This document shows positions 39,468 through 52,690 of a DNA stretch of 64,000 nt, in pieces. The notes under the pieces are model-generated. The model did not search any database. It worked only from the letters and a program-made list of their open reading frames with translations, and had not been told where the DNA came from. The stretch comes from Camelus ferus (taxonomy: Eukaryota). A program made the position numbers and the translations under genes. Positions within the stretch are counted from its first letter, which is position 1, and each line of letters begins with the position of its first letter. The stretch lies in NCBI RefSeq assembly GCF_009834535.1, contig NC_045697.1, forward strand, positions 3,846,001-3,910,000, in the 5' to 3' direction.

Positions 39468-39580
39468 GGAACATAACCAGTATTTTATAGTAACTTTAAA
39501 TGGAACGTAATCTATAAAACATCAAATCATTGAAGCTAATATAATATTGTAAATCAACTATAATTTAATTTATATATATA
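39468..39580 (+). mobile_element. Very short 5'-truncated L1 3' terminus with TSD
   Basis: atattgtaaatcaactat L1 terminus with a (TA)n tail. TSD TTACATTAGT at 39458-39467 and 39585-39594. Confidence 0.75.
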
Positions 39581-39645
39581 TATATTACATTAGTAAACTT
39601 CCTTCAAAGAAACAACTAAATACCAGCATTTACAATCTGCTAGCT

Positions 39646-39890
39646 CAGAGGTTCTCAACAACTGGGTGATTCTGCCCAAGTCTCCTACCTCACCCTACCC
39701 CACTCCTCCAGGGACATTTGACGGCGTCTGAGGATGTTTTAGGCTGTCACAACTGGGGACTGCTGCTGGCATCTAGTGGGTAGAGGCCAGGGATGCTGCT
39801 AAACAGCCTTCATTTCAGTGCACAGGACGGCTTCACCACAAAGGTTCATTCTTCCCCAAATGTCAACAGAGCCAAAGTGGAGAAACCCTG
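39646..39890. mobile_element. MER20 hAT-Charlie DNA transposon, near full length
   Basis: cagaggttctcaac...ggctgtcacaactgggg..ctggcatctagtgggtagaggccagggatgctgctaaaca...gagaaaccctg. Confidence 0.85.
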
Positions 39891-40009
39891 ATCTTTTCCA
39901 ATAATGGATCAGTTGAAGTAAAGCACAATATGGGGTTAAGAACTAGAGAAAGCTTTAGAAAACATAGTTTTTAGAAGTGATAATATTTGTGTTAGAATCA
40001 TTAACAGCT

Positions 40010-40210
40010 ACTACCTTCCATGCCAGAAAGTGTACTAGATGGTCAATACTTTACCTATTTGATCTTGAACCTTACACAGTACTTTTATGCACCATTTAAG
40101 GCTCAGAGAGGTGAAGTAACTTGCCCAAGGCCACACAGCTACTAAATAGGGCAGCTCACTCTGAACCCTGCCAGCCTGACTCCTGAACCAGCACTCCTGA
40201 CTTCTGTATC
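40010..40210 (-). mobile_element. MIR SINE
   Basis: ggctcagagaggtgaagtaacttgcccaaggccacacagctact. Confidence 0.7.
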
Positions 40211-41299
40211 TCTGATATGCACGCATGCACAAGCGCGCGCACACACACACGAATGACGACACTCATGAGCCCCCACCCCCGGAGTGCTCATCTGTCTCCC
40301 CCACTGGCAGTGAGCTCCTTAAGGGCAGGGACTATCTCTAACCTCAGAGGAGAGTGTGCAACAGAGGTGCTTATTGTGCTTATTGCAGTCCGTGTAAAGA
40401 AAAGAACAAAGGCACAAACAGGAGCTGGGCTTGGGCTTCAGGGGCGGGGTGCAGGGGGAGGAGTGTGGGCTCCTCTGTTCCTGACTCACCCAGGCCACCC
40501 TTATCAAGCAGTCAGGGTCAGCAACAGGCCTGCTCCCTCAGGCTGCAAGGTCCCTGACCACTTCCTCTGAGCCCCATTCTTCTAGACCAGCTTCCAAAAC
40601 ACTGCCCTCACTGCTTTCTACAACCTAGAAGTGCACTCCGGACAAGGAGAACAGACTGCATGAGCATCGAGGGAGATGTGGGGCCCAGGGGATAAAGTGG
40701 AGAGGATGATGCAGAAGGCCAGGCTGGGAACTGCAAAGGACCAGCTCAAGCCCCAGCCCTGCCCTCAACAAAAACTCACGCCGTCCTCTGAGCACCTGCT
40801 GTGTGCCAAGCCCCGTCTGTAACTCACCTGCAGATACACTCACCTGCAAAATGTTGGTGGGTTCCAAACATTTCTGGCCCAGAACCCTTTTCCTCTCAAA
40901 GGAATTACAGATGGAAACTCTTCAAGACTCTAGGACAAAAAACTCACTACACTTGGCTCACAATATTACAAATCTTGATTCATTTGTCATTAATATTTTA
41001 CCTGCTTCACAAAGGTACTTAAATAGTGGCTCACAACAATAATGTCACAGCCATCAAAACAAAGGAAAGGAGACAAGAATCAAAAAATAAAAGAAGAGAT
41101 ATTTGATTTCTGTGGCACAAAGCTGAGAAAGAAAGACTTTCAAGAAACAATCCGCAGTCATTAACGTTATTTCCTTTCAAAGGAAAAGAGGCTCCAACAC
41201 AGACAGTAAGACAAAGGCAGCAGACAAAGCAGGATGAAGTCATGGCCGTCACAACAAGCAACTGACACTTCAGAGCTACTCTGCCTGGGTCTGGACCAA

Positions 41300-41590
41300 G
41301 TTTCACACCAGGGAGCGCACTTCATCCCCATGAGCACCATATGAGTGGGTCTCATCATGAACCCATTTTGCAGAGGAAGAAACTGAGACATAAGGCAAAT
41401 AATGAGGACAATGCAGGTAAGACGACATAAATAGTACATCAACAACATAATAGGCATCATGTGCTGAGCACTTACTCATGCTATTTTAGATATGAGAAAA
41501 GTAGCTCAGAGAGGTGAAGTAACTTGCTCAAGGTCACACAGCTAGTAGTGAGTGCAGGTCTCCTGAATTCCAAAGCTAAGCTCTTTCCTC
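41300..41590 (-). mobile_element. MIR SINE fragments
   Basis: cccattttgcagaggaagaaactgag; gctcagagaggtgaagtaacttgctcaaggtcacacagctagt. Confidence 0.65.
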
Positions 41591-41620
41591 TATGTGTTTC
41601 CCAGGCATCCGCATTTCAAG

Positions 41621-41780
41621 CAGGGTTTCCCAAATTTGTCAAGAACCAGGTGATTCTGAAAACCTGTCTCCAAGGCCCTTCCTCTGAGATTCTGATTCTG
41701 GAGTTCTGGGATGAGTTCTAAGAGACATACTTCACAGGCACTCAGATGGTATTCATAAACAGGGAAAGTGGAAAACACTG
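41621..41780. mobile_element. MER5-family MITE
   Basis: Inverted termini cagggtttccc...ggaaaacactg; internal gagattctgattc. Confidence 0.55.
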
Positions 41781-42829
41781 ATCTGAGCAAAGGGAACAGT
41801 TCAGCCCCACAAACCTGAGCTGCAACAGCACTATTTCAGGGCTGTGGACTCAGTGTGGACAGTGAGTCTCGCCCACAGTCCCTGGGTTCCTCCCACTGAA
41901 GGCGATCACGGAGTTACGGGCTTCTGGGGCCAGGAATTCTCCTCGGGAGGAGCACAGTACCTGTTCACGGGCACATCATAGAGACAGGTGCCCCACAAAA
42001 CCACAGCCCACATCGGAGATCTTTTCTCTCAGGACTGGTCTTAGACGCATCCAAGATGATCTGCATCTCCAGCCGATGACATACCTGAGACCGCCTTAAG
42101 TTAACACGCGTGCCCACAGCCACAGAAGTCTCTGGCTGACTCAAGTCAGCATGTCACACCATCTCAAAGGGACACCCAGTGCCGCAATGTCCAACACGTG
42201 CTCTGCTACAGGCACATGCACGGGGCAGCTGGGTCGAGCACAGAAACGCTCCTGGCAGGAACATGTGTGGCTGCAGTGCAGTGGCAGCACGCACCCCAGC
42301 AGCAGAACCAGGGGCAGAACGTGAACACAAGAGTACAGCCATGCAGGGGTGCAAGGGACACAACCAGGAAGGGCCCTGATGGACAAGCCCTGGGTTATGC
42401 CAATAGGGGCTGGAGTTAAGACGTGGGGGCTATGACTCTGATCAGTCACCCTCACCAGTCCCTCTTCATGGCCCAAGAAGCTCAGGTTATCAATGTAAAG
42501 GGCCCTCACAAACGTTGCTGATTTGGTTACACTGTCCACTTGTAGGTCACCCTCAGCCACAGCAGGTCAAAGGCCAGGAAGTGACAAGACTGTGGAGTGA
42601 GTCAAGGACACTGGAGGTGACAGCTAGCAGCGAGGAATCAAGCCGCAGAATCACTGACAGACCAGTCCTATACACAACTCCAGAGGATTCTGGGCTACTG
42701 GGAAAAGGCATGATTACCTGTATGACAGTGTCTGCTCAACAGGGAGGAAACACACATTTCAGACAAGAACAATGCAGCTGATCTGAAGTTAATAACCTGG
42801 CTCTTCTAGAGAGACAAAGATGGCGTTAC

Positions 42830-43548
42830 CTTGAAAAGAAGTTACTAAATGGTCCCAATATTTTCAATTTCTTTCCCTCCTCAGTTTCATCACAGTCCTG
42901 CTGCTGCAGGTCACGGGTTTCCTTGATGGAGCTCAGGGTGACATCGGTAAACTGTGGGTCATCGTCATTCTCCAGGGTCACAATGGCACTGGAGCTGCTC
43001 GTGACCACGAGGTCCAAGATGTCCTCGTTGCTGATGGACAGCGTGGTTGACAGCTCTGTGCCGAGACTAGACACGCTGCAGACGGAGACATTGTCACTGC
43101 GGTTCAGGGTTTCGGAGGTGGGGCTGTAGAGCTTCACCGAGTCATAGCCCGTCCTGGGAAATGTGGAGGACTTCCGCACGCTCTGCTCCCGCTCGGCGCT
43201 GGTGGGGGCTGCTGGCGCGTAGGACGGCAGTGGGCATGCGCTCTGGCAGGCTCGCTCGGGGACGATCTCCGACTCGGACTGTTTCCTCTTCACGTGGACC
43301 ACGCTGCAGGGCACGGGTTCTGGGTTGCCAACCTCTAGGGTGGGGATGCCCGAGTCCACCGACTTAAGGCTGTGCCGATCTTCTAAAGCACCAAGTTTCA
43401 GCTTGGGCCCATACTCAGGCAGCGAGAGGGATCTGGGTGCCTTGAGATTCAAGTGTTGCAGGTTCTGAATGTGGTTTCCTGGTCGACCATCCAGAATGCC
43501 CATCAAGGCTACGCCATTTGTAGAGGTGGAAAGGTTTCCATCAGTCAT
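42830..43548 (-). CDS. TBC1D14: TBC1D14 first coding exon (exon 2, CDS part; exon begins at 43565 with 17 nt of 5'UTR)
   Basis: Translation MTDGNLSTSTNGVALMGILDGRPGNHIQNLQHLNLKAPR...KLKILGPFSNFFS(R) is recognisable as the TBC1D14 N-terminus. Acceptor ttttgtgttttttctag|TTTCTCC at 43566/43565, ATG 43548 in context CCAAGATGA, donor AAG|GTAACG at 42830/42829. 719 coding nt, so phase 2. Confidence 0.96.
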
Positions 43549-46500
43549 CTTGGTCCAAGGAGAAACTAGAAAAAACACAAAAATGGAAATTAAGACAATG
43601 GATATAAAAAGCCAAAGATGCAACTCCTCTGACACACAGTCCAAATGTTTCGATGCCCCTTTTAAAGGAATGATCCTAAAAAAAAGTCCTACATACCAGA
43701 GTTTTAAGTCAAGACCGGAAGCTAGAGTTATAATATATATATTATGATATAAAATAACAGTAAGATAACTCAAACAAAGGCTACATTTAAGATGGGTATA
43801 TATAATCACCCTTATCATCATAACCTCCACCCCACCAGTGCCATCTGTGATCCCCAGGACAGCACTGGGAGCATGAGGACTCTTCCAGGGAGGGAGAGAG
43901 GGGGTTTGTTTTGTGTGTGTGTGTGTGTTTTTTAATGAGAAACAGGATACCCGTAAAAGTATGTGAATTCAAAATCTAAACGTAAGTCAAGGTTCTGCTT
44001 GTTCTGAGACAGCATAAAAGTCAAAAGGTCTTCATCAAGACAGATGACTGTGTACACCTTGTGCAGTGAGATTACCCCAAACACATCCAAGTTAGCCATG
44101 GCTCTCCACGATGCTTTAGTCACCTTACTCAGGTCTGCAGGGCAGGGCACATCATCCCTTTTACCATGGAAGAAAGTGAGGTTCAGAGAGGTTAGGAAAC
44201 AGATCCAAGATCATACTGCTACTTAGCAGCAGAGCTGGATCTAAATGACTGACCCCAAAACAAGCCATACCCAGCAGATGAATGGCTAAGTCTGGGGTTA
44301 TAAAAACCCAGATCAGAAGGCTGGCTCAGTACAGACAAAAAACAACAAAGGAAAAAATAAAGACCATGAACCTGCAGTAAACACCTAAGCAAGCTGAGTC
44401 AGAGCTGCCAGCGACACATATGCCCTGCCTACAGTTCTCTGGCCCAAGACTGGGGTGGCGATGAGGGGATGGGAGGTGCACCAGCTTGGGCAGCCAGGTC
44501 CCCAGTGGACTAAGAACCCTGACATAAGTTATGTTACCTTCTACTGTCCTTAAAAATGTCAAAAACTACAGAAATCCGGGGGTGCATTTAAATTTGATCC
44601 ATGGATTAGAAAAACGTAAAGAATGGAACTTTGGACTCAGACATCTCTGGGTCCCAACCCCAGCTCCACTAGACTGCCCTGGGAGAATTAAATAAGGTAC
44701 CATGGGAAAAGCATGCAGGAGCCCCCCCGCCAGCATTACCCCCACCCCAGCAGGCACCCTGCTGGGAGCTGTTATCATTAAACAGCAAGGAGGTGAAGGT
44801 TTGAAGCCTGGCAATAACCCTGATAACCACTGCCTTTGGGGTGTTAGTTTAGCTTTTGCAGTGAGCTTCTCGCTCCCCTTCCGGAAGCCTGACCTGCCTC
44901 TCAATGTCAACACAGCAAAAGCAAATTCATTAAAAGCAGAAACGGGGGGAGCAATCATCTCCCTCCCTCCCAGAAACTAAAGGAACAAGGCAGACAGTGC
45001 AGCACTGGAGCAAAAATAGAAATAAGAAGGAATGAATTCAAATGCAGAATTCAGAAATAGACTGAACTATATATAAAAACCTGAGATGTGACCCACTGAG
45101 TAAGGAAGGATTATTTAATCATGGTGTCTTGCTAATTGGTTATCAATTTTTCTTAGAAGGCAGAACCACACTGCACTACACCAAAACAAAAATACCAACA
45201 AAATTAGAGCTTAATACAAAAATGAGACTATAGAAGTGCTGCACAAAGTAGAACGCTTCTCTGAGCTACAGAGCAAAACCCAGCTCATAATCCAAGAGGA
45301 TCCGGCATCATCTCACCACACGAGAACGTGTTTTAGATGCTCTGCAGTTCACACTGCCCTGAATTTCCTAGGCTGGAGCCCTCACCCTGAGTCCCCAGCC
45401 AGGACCTCCTCCCAGGCAAGGCCACAGCAAACTACCTCTGGAACCCTGCTCCAGGAACCACTCTGTGAAACAACAGACTTCACAACAGGAGGCACATGAA
45501 GACAAATCAGTACACAAATTTAAAAGTTCTACATTTTTTAATTAAAAAGAAAATACAGTAAGAAACATCTTTGGCACATAGTTAAAAGCTCATCTTTGGC
45601 AACGTCAAAGGTAATTAGAATTATCAAAACACCATCAACACTCCAACAGGTCAAACTGGCAAAAAGCCATAAACACAAGAAGAAATCCTCCCGGCGAGCA
45701 GAGCTAGGAGCCGGAGAGGCCCAGCTGAGACGCTGCTCTGCCCCTCACCAGCCAGGGAGGTGCCTCTGAGCCTCAACTTCCCGCCTCCCCGGCGGTAAAA
45801 CGAGACAATACCATGTAACTCACAGGCTTGTCTGATGATAAATTAAATGAGAAGGTTTGGTGACACACTGGCACACTGGCACCTGACATACAGTAGGTGC
45901 CCAATAAATGTGAATTTCCTCTACTTTAGCCACATAAAGAGCTGGAATACCTGAAAAAGAATTTAAACTGAAATTTTGACACTAGAATAGACAGGAACAC
46001 GTAACAAGTGAGTTCAGTGAACCCAAGGAGCCCTTCTCCTCTGAGCTGCCAAGATGGAAGCAGAGGGAAGAGAGAAACAAGTTTACACAGAGTGCAAAGC
46101 CGCCTGGCGGTGGCCTGGTCCTTCCCCTTTCCTCTGCCTTGGGGGCCATGGAGGGCAGCCCGAGGGACTCTGCTAGGGGAAACTGAGGGGCCTCTGAGGC
46201 CTCTGATGGTTCCAAGTCCAGTTTAAGTTCCTTATGCCTCAGGAACAGAATGTCAGCCTTTGGACAAATAAACCTAAAAGGAAAAAACTACTTCCACATG
46301 CAACATACTCTAAAACCAAACTCTGCAGGGGCCAAGGCCATCTGTCCTCAAACCCTTCCACCTGCTGCCACCATTGCCATAAAACCAGAAGCTGCACTCC
46401 AGAGCACCTGCCTTCCGATGGGCCCTGCAGTAGGGGGGCTGCACACACAAAGGGCATGCTTCCGAGAGAGGCTGCAGGGTGGACTTTGGAGGCCAGCCGA

Positions 46501-49500
46501 GAGGCCAGCTGCAGATGGCCTGCCTCCAAGTCACACGTTTTCTAAAGACACGGTAAGTCTAAATTCCCCAGGCTGGCACAGGGCCTTCCTGCTCAGCCTA
46601 CGAGCCTCACCAGCTGCTTAATGTCACCCTCACCCCTCTCAACACCCAGACGTACTGTGGCACTGCCTCAGGTACTCTTCCCTGCCCGGCCATCAGCGCC
46701 CCTGGGGGTCCACCCGCATGCGCCACAGAGACACAGCACCCTTACAAGGCCACCTCCACTGAGAAGCCTTCCCTGATTCTTTCAGGAAGCTGCAGGTCCT
46801 CCTTCCTCCTAGGCTCTTCGTGGCCACACCTCACCTACAACAACTGCATGTACAGCAGTTCCCATGTCTCTCTCCCCTGGCTTCTAAGCTTCAGGAGGTC
46901 ACATGCTAATGGTTTCTGGATACTACTGCCTGATGTGGTTAAGGACTCAAAAGTCTCCTTGCTGACTTAATTATTACTAATAACTACATTCTAAGTGGAC
47001 AGGTTTCAGGACAGTCCACCCAAGAAACACCTGTCGAGAGCTGGGTTGTGTTTCAAGAACAAGGCAAGGCAGCGGAGGTCACAGAAGAGCTACCGACAGC
47101 AGACCCAGCAAGTAAGCGATGACCGTCCTGTGCGCTGTGTCAGCTGCGAGTCCAGACAACAGGGAACATAGTCAGAACCCGACAGCTCAGGAAAGCAAAA
47201 TGAATTTCCCTCTGCAGTTGTTTCCCAGTCTCATACAACTCCCGGGCAGTGGCCACGGCGGCACACCCTCAGCTCTCGGCGGTGCCCAGGCAGGGCCCAC
47301 ACCAGATACAAGTCTGAGGATGAGCAGCCATCCCAGCCTCGACGAGAGACACAGGATGTCCAGCACGGATACGAGGAGAACTGCTCACTCCAGGCAACAA
47401 GACCATCGGACCTGTTTTTACTGACCTGTCATGAAACTGAGTCCTGATGGAAGCAAAGAGGGAAAGTGTCCCAAGAGATTGGAACACTCCATAGGGGCCC
47501 CTTCTTTAGCTTAATATGAGTCAGAAAGTGGACAGCAGCTCTGCCAGTGACTCTGAATGAGGCTTTGGAAAACAAGCCCATGTTGAAGCAACAGTTGAAT
47601 TCTCTCCTCCTTAAAAAGTAATGGAACTAGGTCTTGACTAAGGCTTCATAAGTAAAAGGAACAGTTTATGAAACCAAAACTGAATGACTTGGTTATGTCC
47701 CTGGGGGAAAATATCCACTCCCTGGTGGCTTCAGGGAGACATAACGCTGCCCATCCATGCAGACATCCTCTGGCACTCATCCTCCGTGGCTCCTTCCTGT
47801 CCACGGGACGTGTGCTACACTCAGACTCCCTTGTCTCTGCTCCTCTCTGGATACTGCGGAGGAGAGTGGCCTCCTTGCACCCCCATTAGCACGGGAGACA
47901 GACAGTGCTGCACCCTCAGATCCTCCAAGGAGGGTGCACTCATCTTATCTGCCAAGCCTCCCATCAACCAAGCTCTGCCAGATTTCCGCACCTTGTCGCT
48001 CAAGTCACACAGTCGGCTCCCTTCTTTCAGCCATGGCATGAGGGCACGTGTGTCACAGAGAGCAGGAATTAGGTCTGCAACACCTGACAACACCAGAGCA
48101 TCACCACAGAACTACAACTTCATGAGGGCCAGGCACTGCTCTAAGCTCTTAACGTGCCATTCTGTTCTGCAGCCCTTTCTGCCAGGTATTATCCCCCCCA
48201 CACAGAGGAGGAAACTGAGGCACACAGCTGACCCAGGTCTGCACTTTAATGTGGCAGCAGCTGAGGCCTGAGCCCAAGTCTGTGACCCCAAGGCCCTTGG
48301 TAAGCTCTGCTACTTACACAGTCCCAATGCAGACATCAAACACCTCCTCAAATCCTCACCCCTCCCGTGGAGGAACAGACTGCACTCCATCACTTCACGG
48401 ACGGCAAATACACAGTGCTGAGCCAGATGCAGGGAGCTGCCCAGGGTTCTGCAGGGAGGGCCCGACCTGAGTCTTCTCTCTGCGACACCTACATCACTCT
48501 CCAGACGGCCTCTCACAGGCCTTTCATGTTTCCTGGAGAGGAGTCTAGTGGGACTGCCAGGCTCCCCACAGGAGTGGTGGCTCCCCCAGGCCTTCATCTC
48601 GACCATGGACCTGACACCAAGGAGAGCCCACTGGCCTATGTGACATCTCCCATGTGACTCGGCCTGTTCTGTAGAGGCTCCACAAGCACCAAGCACTGTG
48701 AGTCTCCTCTTTTAAATTCAAGTCCTGGCTTAGGCAGAAAGGACCCTGGGGAGAAAGGCACAGGACGTTCTGGGTCTCAGGTGCCTCGGCAGGAACAATA
48801 AGCACGAGCTGCCGCCCCTGCCCACCAAGTGTGCGTTACAACATGTCGGGCACTGTGCTCGGTGTTCACGCCCACCACCTATGTAACCTCCACAGCAGCC
48901 CAAGAGCTGGGGACACCGTCATCAGCACCTCACGGACAAGAAGACCAGGCACAAATGGAATGTATAATGAAGTGGTCCTGCTGGGCTGACCTGGATCTGA
49001 CTCTAAGGTGCTTACTCTTTCCACTGCTGCACAAGAGGCCTAAAATAATGGATTAATTCACATTATGTAAAATGGAAAAATCAACTATAAAAGTAGTTTG
49101 GTTTTTAAATGAGTTATTCTTTAGGATAAAAATAATACTGAAATTTTTTCTGGAAGCTCAGTATATTTCTCTGGAGGGTGAACAGCAACTTTGAGGCACC
49201 TAGAACGCAACACAATGTTGTTTAATAAGCTTCAGTCCATCAGCAAACCAGGCCGAAATTGGGGTTAAACTGTGGAGGGTCCCCAAAGGCTCCTTCCCAA
49301 TGCTAAGAAACAGATATTTCACTTACATTGTCCAAAGGTGGTTATGTTTAAAATGCACAGGTGGGACACTTTACATTAAGAATTCTCAGTGCACAGGGAG
49401 GTTCCCCCACTCCCCCAAATGTGTCAGCTACATGGAGTGATTTACCAAAACTAATCACCGTAAGTACCTGCAACGTGATTGAGAGGCAACTGACAAGTTA

Positions 49501-49889
49501 GGAAGATATTCAGACCACTTAACAGAGCAAACATAATTTATAATCTTAATTATTAATAAGATAAACAACCTACTGAACATTTACCATACACCGAACACAC
49601 CAGGTGCGATCACAGGCGCTAATCACCACAAGCCTGCCAAGTACACTGAGGAAACTGTGAGATTCAGAGAAGCTGAGTAACTCACCCAAGGTCACACAGC
49701 AAGAGAAATGGTATTCAGACCAGGTCTGACATCAAAGCCCATACATGGCTTGCTGGAGTACTTAAGAACATGACCCTCAACTTTGTGATAATCAATGAGC
49801 TGAACACACCAATATTTAGACTTCTCTGTATGTATGTTAGACTTCAATAGAAAATTTTTAAAAATAAAGAGACAGAAGGGGAAAAAATA

Positions 49890-50080
49890 ACGCAGGTTAT
49901 GGAGGAAGACTGCCTGGGGTCAAATCCTGGCTCCTGCACTTCCCAGTTCTGCGACCGTGGACTCGCTTCCTAACTTCTCTGTGCCTCAATTTCCATCTAG
50001 TAAAATGGGGACAATTACAGACCATGTCTCATCAGGCAGTTGACAAGACGAGGGGAAGAAATCCACATAAAGTCTTTAGA
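49890..50080 (+). mobile_element. MIR SINE
   Basis: gactgcctggggtcaaatcctggctcc...tctctgtgcctcaatttcc..gtaaaatgggga. Confidence 0.65.
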
Positions 50081-51854
50081 ATCCTGCTTCAGAAGATGCT
50101 GGCTGGTGTCACTCTTCCCTGGGCACCCGACAGGGCCAGCCAGCTCAGGCCCACTATTTTAGCAGCTCATTTGCATGAGCAAGCCCAGACATGCAGGTGT
50201 ACGTGCGCACAGCCGCACTGTACGGCTTCTTCCTGTCACCAGTGTCTCTCCTCACACTTGCTATGTGGCACTGGTGAGTGCTGGGCCTCAGCTGCCCCAT
50301 CTGTAGAATGAGGTGACTGGCCCGGCTGATCTACCCGAGGTCCTGCCAACCTCACAGTCTAGAATTCTAAACAGCCCAGGCCCTAGAAACTTAAACACAT
50401 GTTAACAGACAACACATACTCATTTTCCTAAAATCCTCTTTTACACGTTATACATATGTATAAATGTCTATTCTGATGATGAATCTTCACCAAGCTCTCA
50501 AAGCTCCACAAGCACCCACGACGTGCTGGGTAGGCATCCTCTGTGCTCAGGCTGGGGACGTGACGGTCAGCAGCTCTGACCAACAGGGGAGAGATTCTGG
50601 AACAACTTGCTCTGATAAGCTGTGTCCTCCCACTAGAGAAGCCTTCAACAGAGCACAGGCAAGGGGAAAGCGGAGGCATGAAGGACAGGAATTCACTTGC
50701 TGGACAAAGGGGAGGGACAGTGGGATGGAGAGATGGAGAAGTGGAAGGGTGGAGGGCGGGGGGGGGCAAATTGTAAAAACTCAAGTTTCACTGACATGGA
50801 GCAAGAAAGTGCTGAGAAGTGACCCGCCAGAACCTGCTGGGACCATGAAGGACACTAGGATGAGCAGAGCCTGGCCCAGTGACACTCATCCTCGCCTCTC
50901 TCCAACTGGGTGACCCTAGACCACTTACTTTACCTCCCTTAATGTCTCCCAAAGTGCATTCAATCAATAACCCTGAACCCCAAGCACATGCTAGATTCTC
51001 ATTAGGGCTGGGACTCAGGTGGAGCCCACAACTTCAAGGGGTCAAACATCACAACCAAGACAGTAGTAAGACAGCCTTTGCTGTGGGGAGAGGAGGAGGG
51101 GGAACAACCAAGGTGGGAGGGGTCTAAGAAAAAGTTGGGAAGAAGTCATACCCAAACTGAGACATGGGTTGGTACTGGTCAGATAAACTGAGCAAGAGGA
51201 AGTGACTGTTGTAAGGTCTGGCCTGGTCCATGCAAAGCACCTAGCAGTGGCCAGCACTCACACTGAGCAGTGCCCAGCAGCAACCCACCCTCCATAAAGG
51301 CAGCCAAGATAACAGTGAAGTGCCAACATTCTGCAGACACGGGACCCAAGACACCACCCTCCTCAGCTAGCCTCAGTAAACAAACAGCCTCCTGCACATA
51401 GAACTTTCCAAAGCAAAGCTTCCACTTCCACGGTGGAGCAAACGGTGCCTGTGCAATTTAAAACAGAAATGGTTTCCCACGGCCACGCAAGGATCCGACC
51501 ACTAAAATGCTCACTACCCGAGCCTGGGGTCTGGAGTCTGCCGGCCAGTCCTGCAGCTTCCCGAGGAGCCTTCCTCCTGGCCTCACCCCACAGCGTGGAG
51601 CTACCCTCCCATTCCTTCCTCCCCGCAGCTCCCTGCCCCCACCCCAGCCTCCTGCCTCTCAGCCCTCCCAGTGCGAAGGCTCCTCAGGCCTGGGTCTCTG
51701 GGTCTCAGGGTCTCAGGCTCTCCGAGGCGGAGGGGGGGCTGTAGCCCAGGAACTGGGGTCTCTGAAGCAAAAAGGAGTACATGGCCTGGAGACTAGGGGG
51801 TCCGAGGTGGGGAGTGTCTATAGCCAAAGGACGATATGAGAAGCAAGGGGGTCT

Positions 51855-52025
51855 GGAACCCGACGTGCAGGGGGATCTCAGAGAGGTCTGGGGCTCCGAG
51901 GTGGAGGGGGTCCCAGGGACTGGGAAGCTTCGAGGTGGAGGGGGCTCCCGTGGGTCAGGGAATCCGAGGTGGCAAGGGTCCCGGGGGTCCGGGGCCCGAG
52001 GTGGAGGGGGTCCCGGGGTCGGGTG
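51855..52025. repeat. Degenerate ~34-bp G-rich minisatellite (core CGAGGTGGAGGGGGTCCC)
   Basis: Core variants start at 51861, 51897, 51931, 51965 and 51997 (spacing 32-36 bp). Related motifs at ~51722 and ~51802. Confidence 0.7.
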
Positions 52026-52549
52026 CGCGGCTCCGAGCGCCAAGCCGGCTCCTCTCCCGGCGGGGGAGCCCGGCGCGTCTGAGGGGGAAAACTTTTCTTC
52101 AAGTTCCGGAAAAGGAGGGTGTCAAGGGCGCGCGTCTCACCCAGGAACGGACGAGCCGAGAGCAGCCCGGGCCCCGCGATGTTCCCCGGGCCCCACGCGC
52201 TTCCCCGGCGCGAGAGGAAGCAGCACTCGCGCGGCGAGGGGGCGCCCAGGCTGGACCTGAAACCGGGAGACCCGCCCTGACCCGCCTCAGGCCGCCTCCC
52301 GGCTCCGGCCGACGCTGCAGCAGGTGGCAGCGGCCCCGCGCGCCGAGGCCCCCTCTCTCCCTCTCGGTCCAGCCCTCGCCGGGGGCCCTCCGTACCGGAG
52401 TTAGCGCGGCTCCGACGCCATCCCCGGGGCCCGCGGGCCCGCAGCCCAGGCCCCACGGGACCCGCAACTTGCGCGGCGAGGACACCGGGCGCTGCAGGCG
52501 GCGGGCCGGGCGGGCAGGTGCTAGCTAGCCGCCCGCGGCTAACAGCGGC

Positions 52550-52690
52550 GCGCGCCCTCGCCCCGCCCCGCGCGCCCCTCGCCCCGCCCCGCGCGCCCTC
52601 GCCCCGCCCCGCGCGCCCTCGCCCCGCCCCGCGCGCCCTCGCCCCGCCCCGCGCGCCCTCGCCCCGCCCCGCGCGCCCTCGCCCCGCCCC
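52550..52690. repeat. GC-rich 20-bp VNTR (GCGCGCCCTCGCCCCGCCCC) x7
   Basis: Seven head-to-tail copies read directly. Copy 2 has one extra C; the others are identical. Confidence 0.95.

Noticed and set aside
43566..43830. 94-residue N-terminal extension of the 334-aa ORF
   Set aside because: Most of it lies upstream of a clear pyrimidine tract and AG acceptor at 43566 and is AT-rich intron read-through. The recognisable protein starts at ATG 43548.
52550..52690. CRISPR-like array
   Set aside because: Head-to-tail repeats with no spacers in a mammalian CpG island, and no cas genes.
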